Below, piece by piece: positions 50,130 to 59,679 of a stretch of DNA of 64,000 nucleotides (the stretch's first letter is position 1; every line of letters begins with the position of its first letter). Source of the DNA: Candidatus Woesearchaeota archaeon. GTDB taxonomy: Archaea > Nanobdellota > Nanobdellia > Pacearchaeales > GW2011-AR1. The stretch spans positions 111-64,110 of the forward strand of contig CAZFHC010000001.1 in NCBI GenBank assembly GCA_964518625.1, given 5' to 3'. The notes below the pieces were generated by a model. That model was not told the origin of the DNA. It was given only the letters and a program-made list of their open reading frames with translations, and did no database searches. The translations under genes were made by a program, and so were the position numbers.

Positions 50130-51184
50130 ATTTTTTCTATAAATTTTTTTAACGTTGTTTGATTATTTGATTCGTCTAAAAAATTACTTATTTTTACTCC
50201 TATTAATCTGATTGGCCACTCTTTTTGATAGTTTTGTTTTAATGCTAATTGTGTTATTTCTTTGATTTTTTCTAATGAATTTGTCATAGTATTTATTGAA
50301 TAGTCTCTTGTAATAGTTCTAAAATTTTTATATCGTAATTTTATTGAAATTGTTTTGAAGTATTTTTCTTTTATTCTTGGATGAATATTCTCGCACATTT
50401 CATTTATTGTTTTTTTTAGTTTTTCTATGTCTGTTGTATCTTTAATGAATGTATGTTCTGTTGATATCGATTTTCTACTTTTAGAATGAATTAGTTTTGT
50501 TTTTCTTTCGCCCTTTGCTATTTGTTGATATTTTATCGCTTGTAGTCCCCCGATATCCATTAATTTGAAGATATTTGCTTCTGCTAGATCAGCAATTGTA
50601 TTAATATTCTTGTTATAATATTTACTTACTGATTTTTTCCCTATTCCTGGTATCTTCTTGATATTTAGTGGAGCTAAAAATTCTTTTTGATTTTTTACAA
50701 TTGTGAATCCATTAGGTTTATTGAAATCACTTGCTATTTTTGCTGTTATTCGGCATTCGGCGATTCCTATTGAGCAGGTTAGTTTGGTTTTATTTTTGAC
50801 TGTATCTTTTATATATACTGCCATTTCTTCTAAAGTTTTAAATTGTTTTGCGAATTTTGTTAAATCAAGATATGCTTCATCGACTGAAGTTTGAATTACG
50901 TCATCTGAAAATGTATGTAAGATTTCCATTATCTGATTTGATTCTTTTTTGTATAATTGCATATTAACTGGTAAAAAATTTCCTTTTGGACAAAGTTTTT
51001 TTGCTATTTTGCCTGATGTTGCTGAGAATATACCATATTTTCTTGCTGGATAATTTGCTGCACTTACTACACCTCGTTCTGAGGTTCCTCCTACGATTAC
51101 TGGTGTTCCTTTAAGTTTTGGTTGATATTTTTCTTCACAAGCACAGAAGAAACAGTCCATATCGATATGTCCTATTATAGTCAT
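50126..51184 (-). CDS. dinB: DNA polymerase IV (Y family)
   Basis: HIDMDCFF, SAANY.AR.YG, SVDEAYLD, AKIASD..KP.G. Confidence 0.94.
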   Translation of the reverse strand: MTIIGHIDMDCFFCACEEKYQPKLKGTPVIVGGTSERGVVSAANYPARKYGIFSATSGKIAKKLCPKGNFLPVNMQLYKKESNQIMEILHTFSDDVIQTSVDEAYLDLTKFAKQFKTLEEMAVYIKDTVKNKTKLTCSIGIAECRITAKIASDFNKPNGFTIVKNQKEFLAPLNIKKIPGIGKKSVSKYYNKNINTIADLAEANIFKLMDIGGLQAIKYQQIAKGERKTKLIHSKSRKSISTEHTFIKDTTDIEKLKKTINEMCENIHPRIKEKYFKTISIKLRYKNFRTITRDYSINTMTNSLEKIKEITQLALKQNYQKEWPIRLIGVKISNFLDESNNQTTLKKFIEKI

Positions 51185-51232
51185 CTAAATTTGTGGAGTC
51201 GATTGTTTAAAATTCTGATGATACTTGATATT

Positions 51233-51451
51233 TTATTTATTTGAATTATTTTGATTTTTTTGATTTTTTTTAAATTTGATTAATCCTAAAATTATACCTA
51301 TTGATACAGAAATTGTTATTGAAACATAGGTTGTTAAATGAAGTGATGGATATAATACTGTTAAAAAAGATAAAACTAAGTATAGAAGTACTGTATATGT
51401 GATAAAAAGTCTGTATGGTTTTATTATTTTTTTATAGATATTCTTTTTCAT
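51233..51451 (-). CDS. Small two-TM hypothetical protein
   Basis: Two hydrophobic segments. Confidence 0.5.
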   Translation of the reverse strand: MKKNIYKKIIKPYRLFITYTVLLYLVLSFLTVLYPSLHLTTYVSITISVSIGIILGLIKFKKNQKNQNNSNK

Positions 51452-51571
51452 ATAATAAAATAGATTATTCTATTTAAAAAATTTATTCCTCTTCTTGGAT
51501 AATGTTTTTTTATTTTTTTATTTAAAATAACTATCTACTTACTTTAAAAAGGCAGTTTTTGGTATTATTAT

Positions 51572-53080
51572 ATGGAATTTAAATCATTAGGAATAATTGA
51601 ACCTATTTTAGTTGCGCTTGCACAAAAAGGTTATGTAGAGGCGACTCCGATACAGGAAAAAGCTATTCCTTTGTTATTAGAAGGGAAAGATGTTGTTGGG
51701 ATTGCTCAAACTGGTACTGGTAAGACTGCTGCATTTAGTATTCCTGTTTTACAAAAATTAAGTGAGAATCGTAGTAATGGACAGGGTCCAAGAGCTTTAA
51801 TATTGGCTCCTACACGAGAACTTGCTGCGCAAATAGTTGAAGAATTCAAGGTTTATGGTAAATTATTGGATTTTACTTATCTTGCTGTTTATGGTGGAGT
51901 TGGAATAATCCCTCAGATTAAGTCTTTGAAACGAGGAGTAGATATTTTGATTGCTACACCTGGTAGACTTCTTGATTTGATTAATCAAAAAAAGGTTAGT
52001 TTGACTAATGTTGAGTTTTTAGTTTTGGATGAGGCAGATAGAATGCTTGATATGGGATTTTTAAAAGATGTTGATAAAATTGTAAAGATGGTTCCAGAAA
52101 AGAAACAAACTTTATTCTTTTCGGCTACTATGTCTAAGGAAATTAATGAATTAAGTAAAAGATTTTTAGATGATCCTGTGAAGATTGAAATCACTCCACA
52201 ATCTACGCCTATTGATAAAATAGAGCAGTGTGTATTTTTTGTTGATAAAGAGCATAAAGATGAATTATTGCTAGATTTGATTGAACAACAAAAAATGAGT
52301 TGTGTTTTGGTCTTTGTGGGGATGAAACATAGGGCAAATAAGGTAGCTATGATATTAAGTCGTAATGGTATTTGGACTTCCGCTATTCATGGAAATAAAA
52401 CTCAAATTCAAAGAGAAAAAGCTTTGAGAGATTTTAAGTCTGGTAAAATTAAGGTTTTGGTTGCTACTGATATTGCTGCAAGAGGAATTGATGTTCAAAA
52501 TATTAGTCATGTTATTAATTATGATTTACCTAATGAATCTGAAAATTATGTTCATCGTATTGGGCGTACTGCAAGAGCTGGAAATGATGGTGTTGCATAT
52601 TCTTTTTGTTCAGCTGAAGATAGAAATTATTTAAATCAAATTGAGAGAATTATTAAGAAAAAAATTGAGCAAGCAGAACATAAATGGCATTCTATTAATG
52701 CTAAAAATGCTAAAGGAGTTAATGCAAAACCTAGATCGAGAAGTGGTAGTGGGAGCAGAGGTCCAGGAAGAAGTAGTAATAGTCGTTCATATAGCCGAGA
52801 TAGAAATAGTAGTCCTAGTCGAAGTAGAGATGGTAGAGATAGTCATTCTAGAGGAAGTAGTTATGGAAAATCTAATGGAGATAATTCAAGTTCTGGAAGA
52901 GTAAGAGCTGGTAGAACAAGTTCTAGAAGTGATGATTCAAGGTCTAGAAGTAGTGGATATCGTAGAGGAAGTTCTTCATCATCAGGTTCAAGTGGTTTTA
53001 GGGGAAGGACATCTAGAGATCAAGGAAGATCGTCTGGTTCTAGAAGAGTTGCAATGGGTAGAACAAGTAATAGAAGATAA
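51572..53080 (+). CDS. DEAD-box RNA helicase (RhlE-like) with Arg/Ser/Gly-rich tail
   Basis: AQTGTGKT, PTRELA, DEAD, SAT, ARGID, HRIGRTAR. Confidence 0.95.
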   Translation: MEFKSLGIIEPILVALAQKGYVEATPIQEKAIPLLLEGKDVVGIAQTGTGKTAAFSIPVLQKLSENRSNGQGPRALILAPTRELAAQIVEEFKVYGKLLDFTYLAVYGGVGIIPQIKSLKRGVDILIATPGRLLDLINQKKVSLTNVEFLVLDEADRMLDMGFLKDVDKIVKMVPEKKQTLFFSATMSKEINELSKRFLDDPVKIEITPQSTPIDKIEQCVFFVDKEHKDELLLDLIEQQKMSCVLVFVGMKHRANKVAMILSRNGIWTSAIHGNKTQIQREKALRDFKSGKIKVLVATDIAARGIDVQNISHVINYDLPNESENYVHRIGRTARAGNDGVAYSFCSAEDRNYLNQIERIIKKKIEQAEHKWHSINAKNAKGVNAKPRSRSGSGSRGPGRSSNSRSYSRDRNSSPSRSRDGRDSHSRGSSYGKSNGDNSSSGRVRAGRTSSRSDDSRSRSSGYRRGSSSSSGSSGFRGRTSRDQGRSSGSRRVAMGRTSNRR

Positions 53081-53153
53081 TTAAGAATTTTAGATTTATT
53101 ATTATAAAAAATATTTAGGATAATTACTTATACCAATAAAAACTTATATATTT

Positions 53154-53858
53154 ATGGATGAATTAAAACGTATTAATAAGTATATTAGCGAATCCGGAAT
53201 GTGTTCAAGACGTGCTGCTGATGATTTAATTGAGAGGGGTCATGTTTTAGTTAATGGAAAAGTTGCGACAATTGGTACAAAAATTTCAATTACTGATAAT
53301 GTTTCTGTAGATGGAAAATTAATCAATACTAATATTAAAAAAATCTATTTGGCTTTTAATAAACCTATTTTAGTTACTTGTACTACTGATTCTCGTGATC
53401 CAGATAATATTATAGATTTTATTGGATATAAGGAAAGGATTTTCCCTATTGGTAGACTTGATAAGATGTCTGAAGGATTGATTTTTTTGACTAATGATGG
53501 TGATATCGTAAATAAGATTCTTCGTTCAGAAAATAAGAAAGAGAAAGAATATATTGTAAAAGTTGACAAAGGAATAACGAAAGATTTTTTGGATAAAATG
53601 TCTAGAGGTGTTAAAATTTTAAATACTATAACCATGGAATGTAAAATCTATAAAATAAATAAATATGAATTTGGAATTATTTTGACTCAAGGTATTAATA
53701 GACAAATTCGGCGAATGTGTGAAGTTCTGGGATATAGAGTTAAACAATTAAAGCGTATTAGAATAATGAATATAGAATTAGAGAATCTTGGTGTTGGAAA
53801 ATTAAAAGTTTTAAGAGATTCTGAGGTAAAAGGATTGTTGAATAACTTATCTGGTTAA
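53154..53858 (+). CDS. rluF: 23S rRNA pseudouridine synthase, RluF-like
   Basis: RINKYISE.G.CSRR.AD, RIFPIGRLDK.SEGLI.LTNDG, LTQG.NRQIRRMCE. Confidence 0.85.
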   Translation: MDELKRINKYISESGMCSRRAADDLIERGHVLVNGKVATIGTKISITDNVSVDGKLINTNIKKIYLAFNKPILVTCTTDSRDPDNIIDFIGYKERIFPIGRLDKMSEGLIFLTNDGDIVNKILRSENKKEKEYIVKVDKGITKDFLDKMSRGVKILNTITMECKIYKINKYEFGIILTQGINRQIRRMCEVLGYRVKQLKRIRIMNIELENLGVGKLKVLRDSEVKGLLNNLSG

Positions 53859-53937
53859 GATTCTATATTATAATATACGTCATATAAATGGAAGGAAAAA
53901 CTTCTAAACTGTTTAATTATTTAAAATAATAAAAATG

Positions 53938-54035
53938 AGAGCACAAATTTTTACGTTACCTCTCTCAAGCTTAGCCGAAACCAAACATACAGCCAGGTTG
54001 AAGTTAAAAAGGTAACAACAAATGAGCTGAACATA
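53938..54035 (-). ncRNA. Candidate rod-shaped ncRNA of about 100 nt (overlaps a 29-codon hydrophobic ORF, 53951-54040)
   Basis: Minus-strand stems GUUACCUUUU/GAGAGGUAAC, UCAA/UUGA, UGGCUG/CGGCUA with G-U pairs; upstream TTTAAATA box; downstream T-tract. Confidence 0.45.
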
Positions 54036-54132
54036 ATCATAATAAATATTAAACTATTTAAACACTCCGAAAGTAAAACATTGGTATTTTTCAATTCTAA
54101 AATTATATAAAACCTGTTATTTAATAATCTCT

Positions 54133-54855
54133 ATGGAGTATAAGGCTTATAGTTTTGATTTAGATGATAACTTGTTAAAGTTGCCAACTTGCGTTTCCTT
54201 AAGAGACAAAAGTAATAATATACAAGAATTTTCAACTTTGGAATTTGAAAAAATTCGACCAAATTTAGAGAAGTTGAATCTTTATATTACCAAAAATTCC
54301 TTTAAGCAATTTTCTGATGACAATCAATTTATTATTGATATAAATAAAGCTACTAAGTGTGGTAGTTGGAGAAATCTAGAAAAATGTATTATTAAACATA
54401 CTAGTATTTTCGCTATTATAACGGCCCGAGGACATAGTATTGAGACAATTAAGGCTGGTATTAATATTGCTATTTTTAAAAATATCTCTAAAGAAAATTT
54501 GGAAATCTTCAGACTAAATTTTTTAGAGAAGTATAATATAAAATTAAAAGATACTAGCTTAAAAAATGTAATGAGTGAATATTTGAATCTATGTAAATTT
54601 TATCCTGTAAACAATAAGGAAATTAAAAAAGAATTTGGAAGCAATGATATTAGTGAATTGAAATCGCTTTGTTTTCAAGAATTTAGGAATTATATTCTAA
54701 AATATGTTAAAGATAATTTTGAGAAAGATATGAAAGTGAAAATTGGATTTAGTGATGATTCCACCTCTCATTTAGATAGAATGGTTCATGATGCATTAAA
54801 AAAACATGGTTTGTTTTTTTATAAGTCTGATAAGACCGGAAAAACGAGATATTAA
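54133..54855 (+). CDS. HAD-superfamily phosphatase-like protein
   Basis: FDLDDNL (motif I), IITARGH (II), K (III), GFSDD (IV). Confidence 0.7.
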   Translation: MEYKAYSFDLDDNLLKLPTCVSLRDKSNNIQEFSTLEFEKIRPNLEKLNLYITKNSFKQFSDDNQFIIDINKATKCGSWRNLEKCIIKHTSIFAIITARGHSIETIKAGINIAIFKNISKENLEIFRLNFLEKYNIKLKDTSLKNVMSEYLNLCKFYPVNNKEIKKEFGSNDISELKSLCFQEFRNYILKYVKDNFEKDMKVKIGFSDDSTSHLDRMVHDALKKHGLFFYKSDKTGKTRY

Positions 54856-54905
54856 TTCATTAAACAAGAACGTTCTACACTAATAAATATAAATTATAAC
54901 AAAAA

Positions 54906-56651
54906 CTATTTTTTATCTTCGGCTGCTTTAGCTGCATTCTCGTAAATCTTGATTCCAATCTCTTCAGAAGCACTTTTAAAATAATCAATTTCATCGTGAA
55001 TTTTTTTTGTCTTGCCAGATTCAATAGCTTTAACTAAGAATCCCATTGCATCTTCAACTTTAGTAATTGTTGCAGAATCTATTTTATCTTTATACTCCGC
55101 TATCATCTTCAAAGTTGAATAAATAATTCCTTCAGCTTCGTTTTTTGCTAATATAAAATCTCTCTTTGCTTCATCTTCAGCCTTATGATCCTTAGAATCT
55201 TTAATCATTTTCTGAATTTGTTCTTCTGATAATGATCCACCTGTTACAGTAATCTTTTGTTCTTTACCTGTTCCAAGGTCTTTAGCAGAGACATTAACTA
55301 TACCATTAGTATCAATATCGAAAGTTACTTCAACTTGAGGTATTCCTCGTGGTACTGGTAAAATACCAGCTAATTCAAATGTCCCTAAAGATTGATTGTC
55401 TGCAGCAAATTCTCTTTCTCCCTGTAAAACATTAATTGTAACTGTCTCTTGATAATCAACAGTTGTTGTAAATATATCACTCTTCTTTGTTGGGATTGTA
55501 GTGTTTCTGTCAATTAATGTTGATTTTAAACCACCATCTACTTCAATTCCAAGTGTTAATGAGGTTACATCAAGAAGTAAAATATCCTGAATATCACCGC
55601 TAATAATTGCACCTTGAATTACAGCACCTAATGAAACAGCTTCATCTGGATTAATAGAATTATCAGGAGCCATACCTGTCATCTCTTCAACGATTTCTTT
55701 AACCTTAGGAATTCTAGTACTTCCACCGACTAAAATTACTTTATCAATTTTAGGTGATTTAGCATCTTTGATTGCTTGCGTAATTGGAGCTTTTAATCTT
55801 TCGAAAATTGATTCACAAATTTCTTCAAATTTTTCTCTAGTTAAATCAATATCTAAATGTTTTGCACCATTATCATTTGTAATGATATAAGGAATCGCAA
55901 TATTTGTCTTTACTGAAGAACTTAATTCAATTTTTGCATTTTCTGCAGCTTCTCGTAATCTTTGTAATGCAATTAGATCAGAAGATAAATCAATATCATT
56001 TTCTTTTTTAAATTCTTCAATCATATAATCAATTAAAGCATTATCAATATCATCACCACCAAGATAATTATCTCCGCTTGTAGATTTAACCTCAAAAACT
56101 CCACCACCTAATTCTAAAATAGAAACATCGAATGTTCCACCACCAAAATCAAAGACTAAGATAGTATGATCATATTCTTCTTTAAGACCGTATGCTAAAG
56201 CAGCTGCTGTTGGTTCATTTATAATTCTTTTAACGTTTAAACCAGCAATAACACCTGCATCTTTTGTTGCATTTCTTTGTGCATCTCCAAAATAAGCAGG
56301 GACTGTAATTACAGCATCAGTTACTTCATGACCTAAATATTCTTCAGCGTCTTTTTTTAATTTTTTTAGAATCATAGCTGATATTTGTTCTGGGGAATAT
56401 TCTTTTTCACCAACCTTGGTTATTTTTTTAGTACCCATAAGTCTCTTAATACTTCTAATTGTTCCTTTTGGATTTGCGACTGCTCCTCTCTTTGCTATAT
56501 CACCAACAACAACTTTATCTTCTTCAATAGAAACTACGCTAGGAGTAGTATTATGCCCTTCTGTATTTTTGATTATTTTTGGTACACCACCTTCCATAAC
56601 GCTAACCGCGGAAAAAGTAGTACCTAAATCAATTCCAATTATTTTACTCAT
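54906..56651 (-). CDS. dnaK: Chaperone DnaK (Hsp70)
   Basis: [44 protein letters not shown]. Confidence 0.97.
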   Translation of the reverse strand: MSKIIGIDLGTTFSAVSVMEGGVPKIIKNTEGHNTTPSVVSIEEDKVVVGDIAKRGAVANPKGTIRSIKRLMGTKKITKVGEKEYSPEQISAMILKKLKKDAEEYLGHEVTDAVITVPAYFGDAQRNATKDAGVIAGLNVKRIINEPTAAALAYGLKEEYDHTILVFDFGGGTFDVSILELGGGVFEVKSTSGDNYLGGDDIDNALIDYMIEEFKKENDIDLSSDLIALQRLREAAENAKIELSSSVKTNIAIPYIITNDNGAKHLDIDLTREKFEEICESIFERLKAPITQAIKDAKSPKIDKVILVGGSTRIPKVKEIVEEMTGMAPDNSINPDEAVSLGAVIQGAIISGDIQDILLLDVTSLTLGIEVDGGLKSTLIDRNTTIPTKKSDIFTTTVDYQETVTINVLQGEREFAADNQSLGTFELAGILPVPRGIPQVEVTFDIDTNGIVNVSAKDLGTGKEQKITVTGGSLSEEQIQKMIKDSKDHKAEDEAKRDFILAKNEAEGIIYSTLKMIAEYKDKIDSATITKVEDAMGFLVKAIESGKTKKIHDEIDYFKSASEEIGIKIYENAAKAAEDKK

Positions 56652-57073
56652 TGTGTTACCTTTACAATCTTAACTTTTGAAGCCCTTAAAAGCTTATCGT
56701 TTAGTAGATATCCTTTCTGAATCTCTTCAATGATTTTCCCATCCTTTTTACCAGGAACTTGCATTATTGCTTCATGGACATTTGGATTAAAAGTGTTGGT
56801 AGTATTAATATATTTAAGTCCATTCCTTTCTAAAATTTTAGTGAATTGGTTGTAGATTAGTTTAACTCCTTTGTCTTTACTATGTTTAAAAGATAATTCA
56901 AGGTTGTCTAAGACATCAAGCAATTGTAATACGAGATTTGCATTTGCATTTGCTAAGATATCTGTGTTTTCTTTCTCTGTTCTTTTACGAAAATTTTCAA
57001 ACTCAGCTTGCATTCGCTGTAGTCTTTCAATAAGTTCTTCTTTTGTTGGCTCTTTATTTTTTTCTTCTACCAT
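56648..57073 (-). CDS. grpE: Nucleotide exchange factor GrpE
   Basis: R.QAEFENFRKR, FNP..HEA, QKGY.L..KLLR...V. Confidence 0.94.
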   Translation of the reverse strand: MVEEKNKEPTKEELIERLQRMQAEFENFRKRTEKENTDILANANANLVLQLLDVLDNLELSFKHSKDKGVKLIYNQFTKILERNGLKYINTTNTFNPNVHEAIMQVPGKKDGKIIEEIQKGYLLNDKLLRASKVKIVKVTQ

Positions 57074-57174
57074 ATATTCTTTTCTCAAAAGCCTCTTTTA
57101 AGGCTTATGTTAGTGTCCATGACAGAAATCATTTGTATGCTCAAACTTAAAAACCCAAAATGAACTATATTATT

Positions 57175-57708
57175 ATGTTAAAAATAAAAGGTAACGAAAT
57201 TGAAGAACCAAGTATTACAAACTCATTTGGTCGTAGAGCAGTCCAGCTTCAGAATAAAATTATAAATGTATTAAAGCAATTGGGAGTTGATCGTGATTAT
57301 GTAGATTTAAAGATAGAGAATATTCCGCAAAAGAAAGCTCCAGCTTCGGTATCATGGTATTATAATGGTCGTAATTTGAAATATACTTATTCACTTATGC
57401 CAAGATTTATTGAAAATCTTTATGTTATTAATAAAGTTCTAACATTAGAAGTCGAAAAATTGTTATCAGGAGAAATCACAAAAGATAAATTTGGTAGAGA
57501 ATTCTCTGAAGATGATAATTTATCTGATCAATTAACAGAAGCAAGAAAAACATTAGAAGTTAGTCCAACAGAAACTGATTTTGAAGTTATAAGTAAAAGT
57601 TACAAAAAACTCGCAAGAAAATATCATCCAGATATGTCTACTGGAGATCATAAACTATTTTTGGAAATTAATGCTGCACATAAATTGATTAATAAAGAAT
57701 TAAATTAA
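57175..57708 (+). CDS. Protein with C-terminal J-domain
   Basis: YKKLARKYHPD...G....F.EIN.AH; alternative start at 57160. Confidence 0.85.
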   Translation: MLKIKGNEIEEPSITNSFGRRAVQLQNKIINVLKQLGVDRDYVDLKIENIPQKKAPASVSWYYNGRNLKYTYSLMPRFIENLYVINKVLTLEVEKLLSGEITKDKFGREFSEDDNLSDQLTEARKTLEVSPTETDFEVISKSYKKLARKYHPDMSTGDHKLFLEINAAHKLINKELN

Positions 57709-57820
57709 ATCTTGATTTATAAAAATTCTTCTAGACATTTCTATACTAAATTAAATAATTAAATAAACACAATCTTGGATAATTTTATATTAAAAATTAC
57801 TTTTAAATCTCTGAAACGAC

Positions 57821-57834
57821 TTTGGTATACCAAA
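57821..57834. promoter_or_regulatory. Perfect palindrome TTTGGTATACCAAA upstream of a wHTH gene
   Basis: 14-bp palindrome flanked by GAC/GTC in an intergenic region. Confidence 0.45.
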
Positions 57835-57926
57835 TGTCTCTACTAGACACTGACGACTTTATTGAACAAAACTTATAAGCAGATAAAGACTTTAATATAT
57901 ACATTAAATAGTATATAATACACAAT

Positions 57927-58193
57927 ATGGAAAAAAACTTTAATTTGTTCTTCAGAAGAAAGCCAGCAATGATGTTGATTGCTTTGAAAAAAGGGAGTAG
58001 AGCTAAATATGGTTCCCAATTGGCAAAAGAAATTGATTGTACATATTCTCATGCTGTAAAAATTTTACAGACATTAGAGAAGATTGGACTTGTCTCCTTT
58101 GAAAAAACAGGAAGAGTCAAGATAATTAATCTGGCCAAGAAGGGTGCTGATGTAGCAACTCATATAGAAGCAATAAAAAAAATAGTTGAATAA
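57927..58193 (+). CDS. Archaeal winged-helix (MarR-like) DNA-binding protein
   Basis: LAKEIDCTYSH.VKIL..L...GLV.F.K.GR. Confidence 0.8.
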   Translation: MEKNFNLFFRRKPAMMLIALKKGSRAKYGSQLAKEIDCTYSHAVKILQTLEKIGLVSFEKTGRVKIINLAKKGADVATHIEAIKKIVE

Positions 58194-58268
58194 ACTAAAT
58201 AATTTATCTGAAAATTATTAATCCAAATTATATTTTTAGTATTATAAACTTATTTTATGGTTTTTATT

Positions 58269-59540
58269 TTAAGAAATTGATTCTATAATCTCATCTTTTA
58301 TGTCATCGTTAAACCCAGAGTAAGCCTTGTCTTTAATAAAAATTATTGGATAATATTCAAACATTTTAGAGACACCTTCACTAGATTCATAAATATCTTT
58401 AACTTCGCCCAAATTAATGTAAAAATTTTCATCTGTTGTTAAGTGTTGCTCAAAAGAATAATCAATGGTGTCAATAAACTCAAGTGCCTCAAGACACATT
58501 GGCCCTTCCCCATTGTGATACATAACTATTTTTTCTCCAACATATTCCTTAGTTATCTCTTTAGTTATCTCTTCACTTGATAATTTACCAATATTAATAA
58601 CAGCACAAGGATTTTGAACTTTTTGTTCATCTTCATAAGAAGTTGCCTCTTGCAATTTTTCTACAGTATATGGTGAATTTTTATTCAAAGGAATTTGCCA
58701 TAATGGAATTATCCAATCAGGATTTTCCATAAACGTATCTAAATTAACCCATTCCACTTTTGATGTATCCCAAAATCCGGTCCACATATCCATCCAAGGT
58801 TTTAGATATCCACCAATTCTCGTATGGGAAACCGGAGTGATTTTATTAGTTTCTCCAAACCTTTCTTTTTCTTTATCTGTAAGTGGTTCTACCGCTCTAT
58901 TTAATTCTTCTAACATATCATAAGGGGAACCTCCTCTTTCAAAAAAGGAATAATCACAAAGACTTCCATATTTGAATGTTACTAAGGGAATATTTGAAAC
59001 AGATAATACTTTTATATTATATCCTTCTGGTTGATAAACTGTTGCTTTTGTATCAGTAGTTCCTCTTGCTGTAATATATGGTATTCCCAATTCTTCTGCA
59101 ACTTTTATTGTAGTCAAATCTGAAGCCATATAACGTGAAGATATAATTCTTACTGGAACACCAGTACAAGACTCTATTCCATCAACCATTTCAATTATTC
59201 TTGATTTTTGATCTTCATAGGAAATATCCCAGAAAGGACCTTGAACATTACTCGCAACTATTTCAACATCATGTTTTATTATTTCTTTAATATCTTCACA
59301 ATTCTCTTGAACAAATTCTGGTGTAACCATTAAAAGCCCAGAAATATTTCTTTTTTCCAATTCATTAACAAAATTACTTAATCCTACAGTATCTTGATAT
59401 TCAATAAGAATCATAATCCCCTGTGTAGTCTCAGACTCTTTTTCTATTGGGAAATAAGTAAAAGAAACATAAGAAATTATAGAAATCATAATAACAACTA
59501 TTACTGTTATTAATATTTGATTTAATTTCTTTGCTTTCAT
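58269..59540 (-). CDS. Membrane-anchored protein: polysaccharide-deacetylase-like domain plus C-terminal thioredoxin/glutaredoxin-like domain
   Basis: N-terminal TM; barrel-like core; C-terminal YHNGEGPMC...YPIIFI.DKAYSGF. Confidence 0.55.
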   Translation of the reverse strand: MKAKKLNQILITVIVVIMISIISYVSFTYFPIEKESETTQGIMILIEYQDTVGLSNFVNELEKRNISGLLMVTPEFVQENCEDIKEIIKHDVEIVASNVQGPFWDISYEDQKSRIIEMVDGIESCTGVPVRIISSRYMASDLTTIKVAEELGIPYITARGTTDTKATVYQPEGYNIKVLSVSNIPLVTFKYGSLCDYSFFERGGSPYDMLEELNRAVEPLTDKEKERFGETNKITPVSHTRIGGYLKPWMDMWTGFWDTSKVEWVNLDTFMENPDWIIPLWQIPLNKNSPYTVEKLQEATSYEDEQKVQNPCAVINIGKLSSEEITKEITKEYVGEKIVMYHNGEGPMCLEALEFIDTIDYSFEQHLTTDENFYINLGEVKDIYESSEGVSKMFEYYPIIFIKDKAYSGFNDDIKDEIIESIS

Positions 59541-59679
59541 CTTTCTTACTTCTAGTTGATATAATAATAAGTATAAAAAGATATCCTTAATTAAAACAAG
59601 TATAATCACTAGAAATAATATTAATATATTTATTATGATAAAGTATTAAAAGAGCAAGTTCTACTAATTATTATATAAA

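Noticed and set aside
52735..53075. Repetitive AGT/AGA/TCT tract
   Set aside because: Encodes the low-complexity Arg/Ser/Gly tail of the DEAD-box helicase.
53960..54005. Resemblance to the 3' half of a c-di-GMP-I riboswitch (ACAGCCAGGTTG)
   Set aside because: The conserved first hairpin and GCAAA elements are absent.
54100..54127. dif-like ATAA-N6-TTAT arrangement near the skew switch
   Set aside because: Almost all A/T and coincides with the TATA box of gene 54133; not distinguishable from chance.
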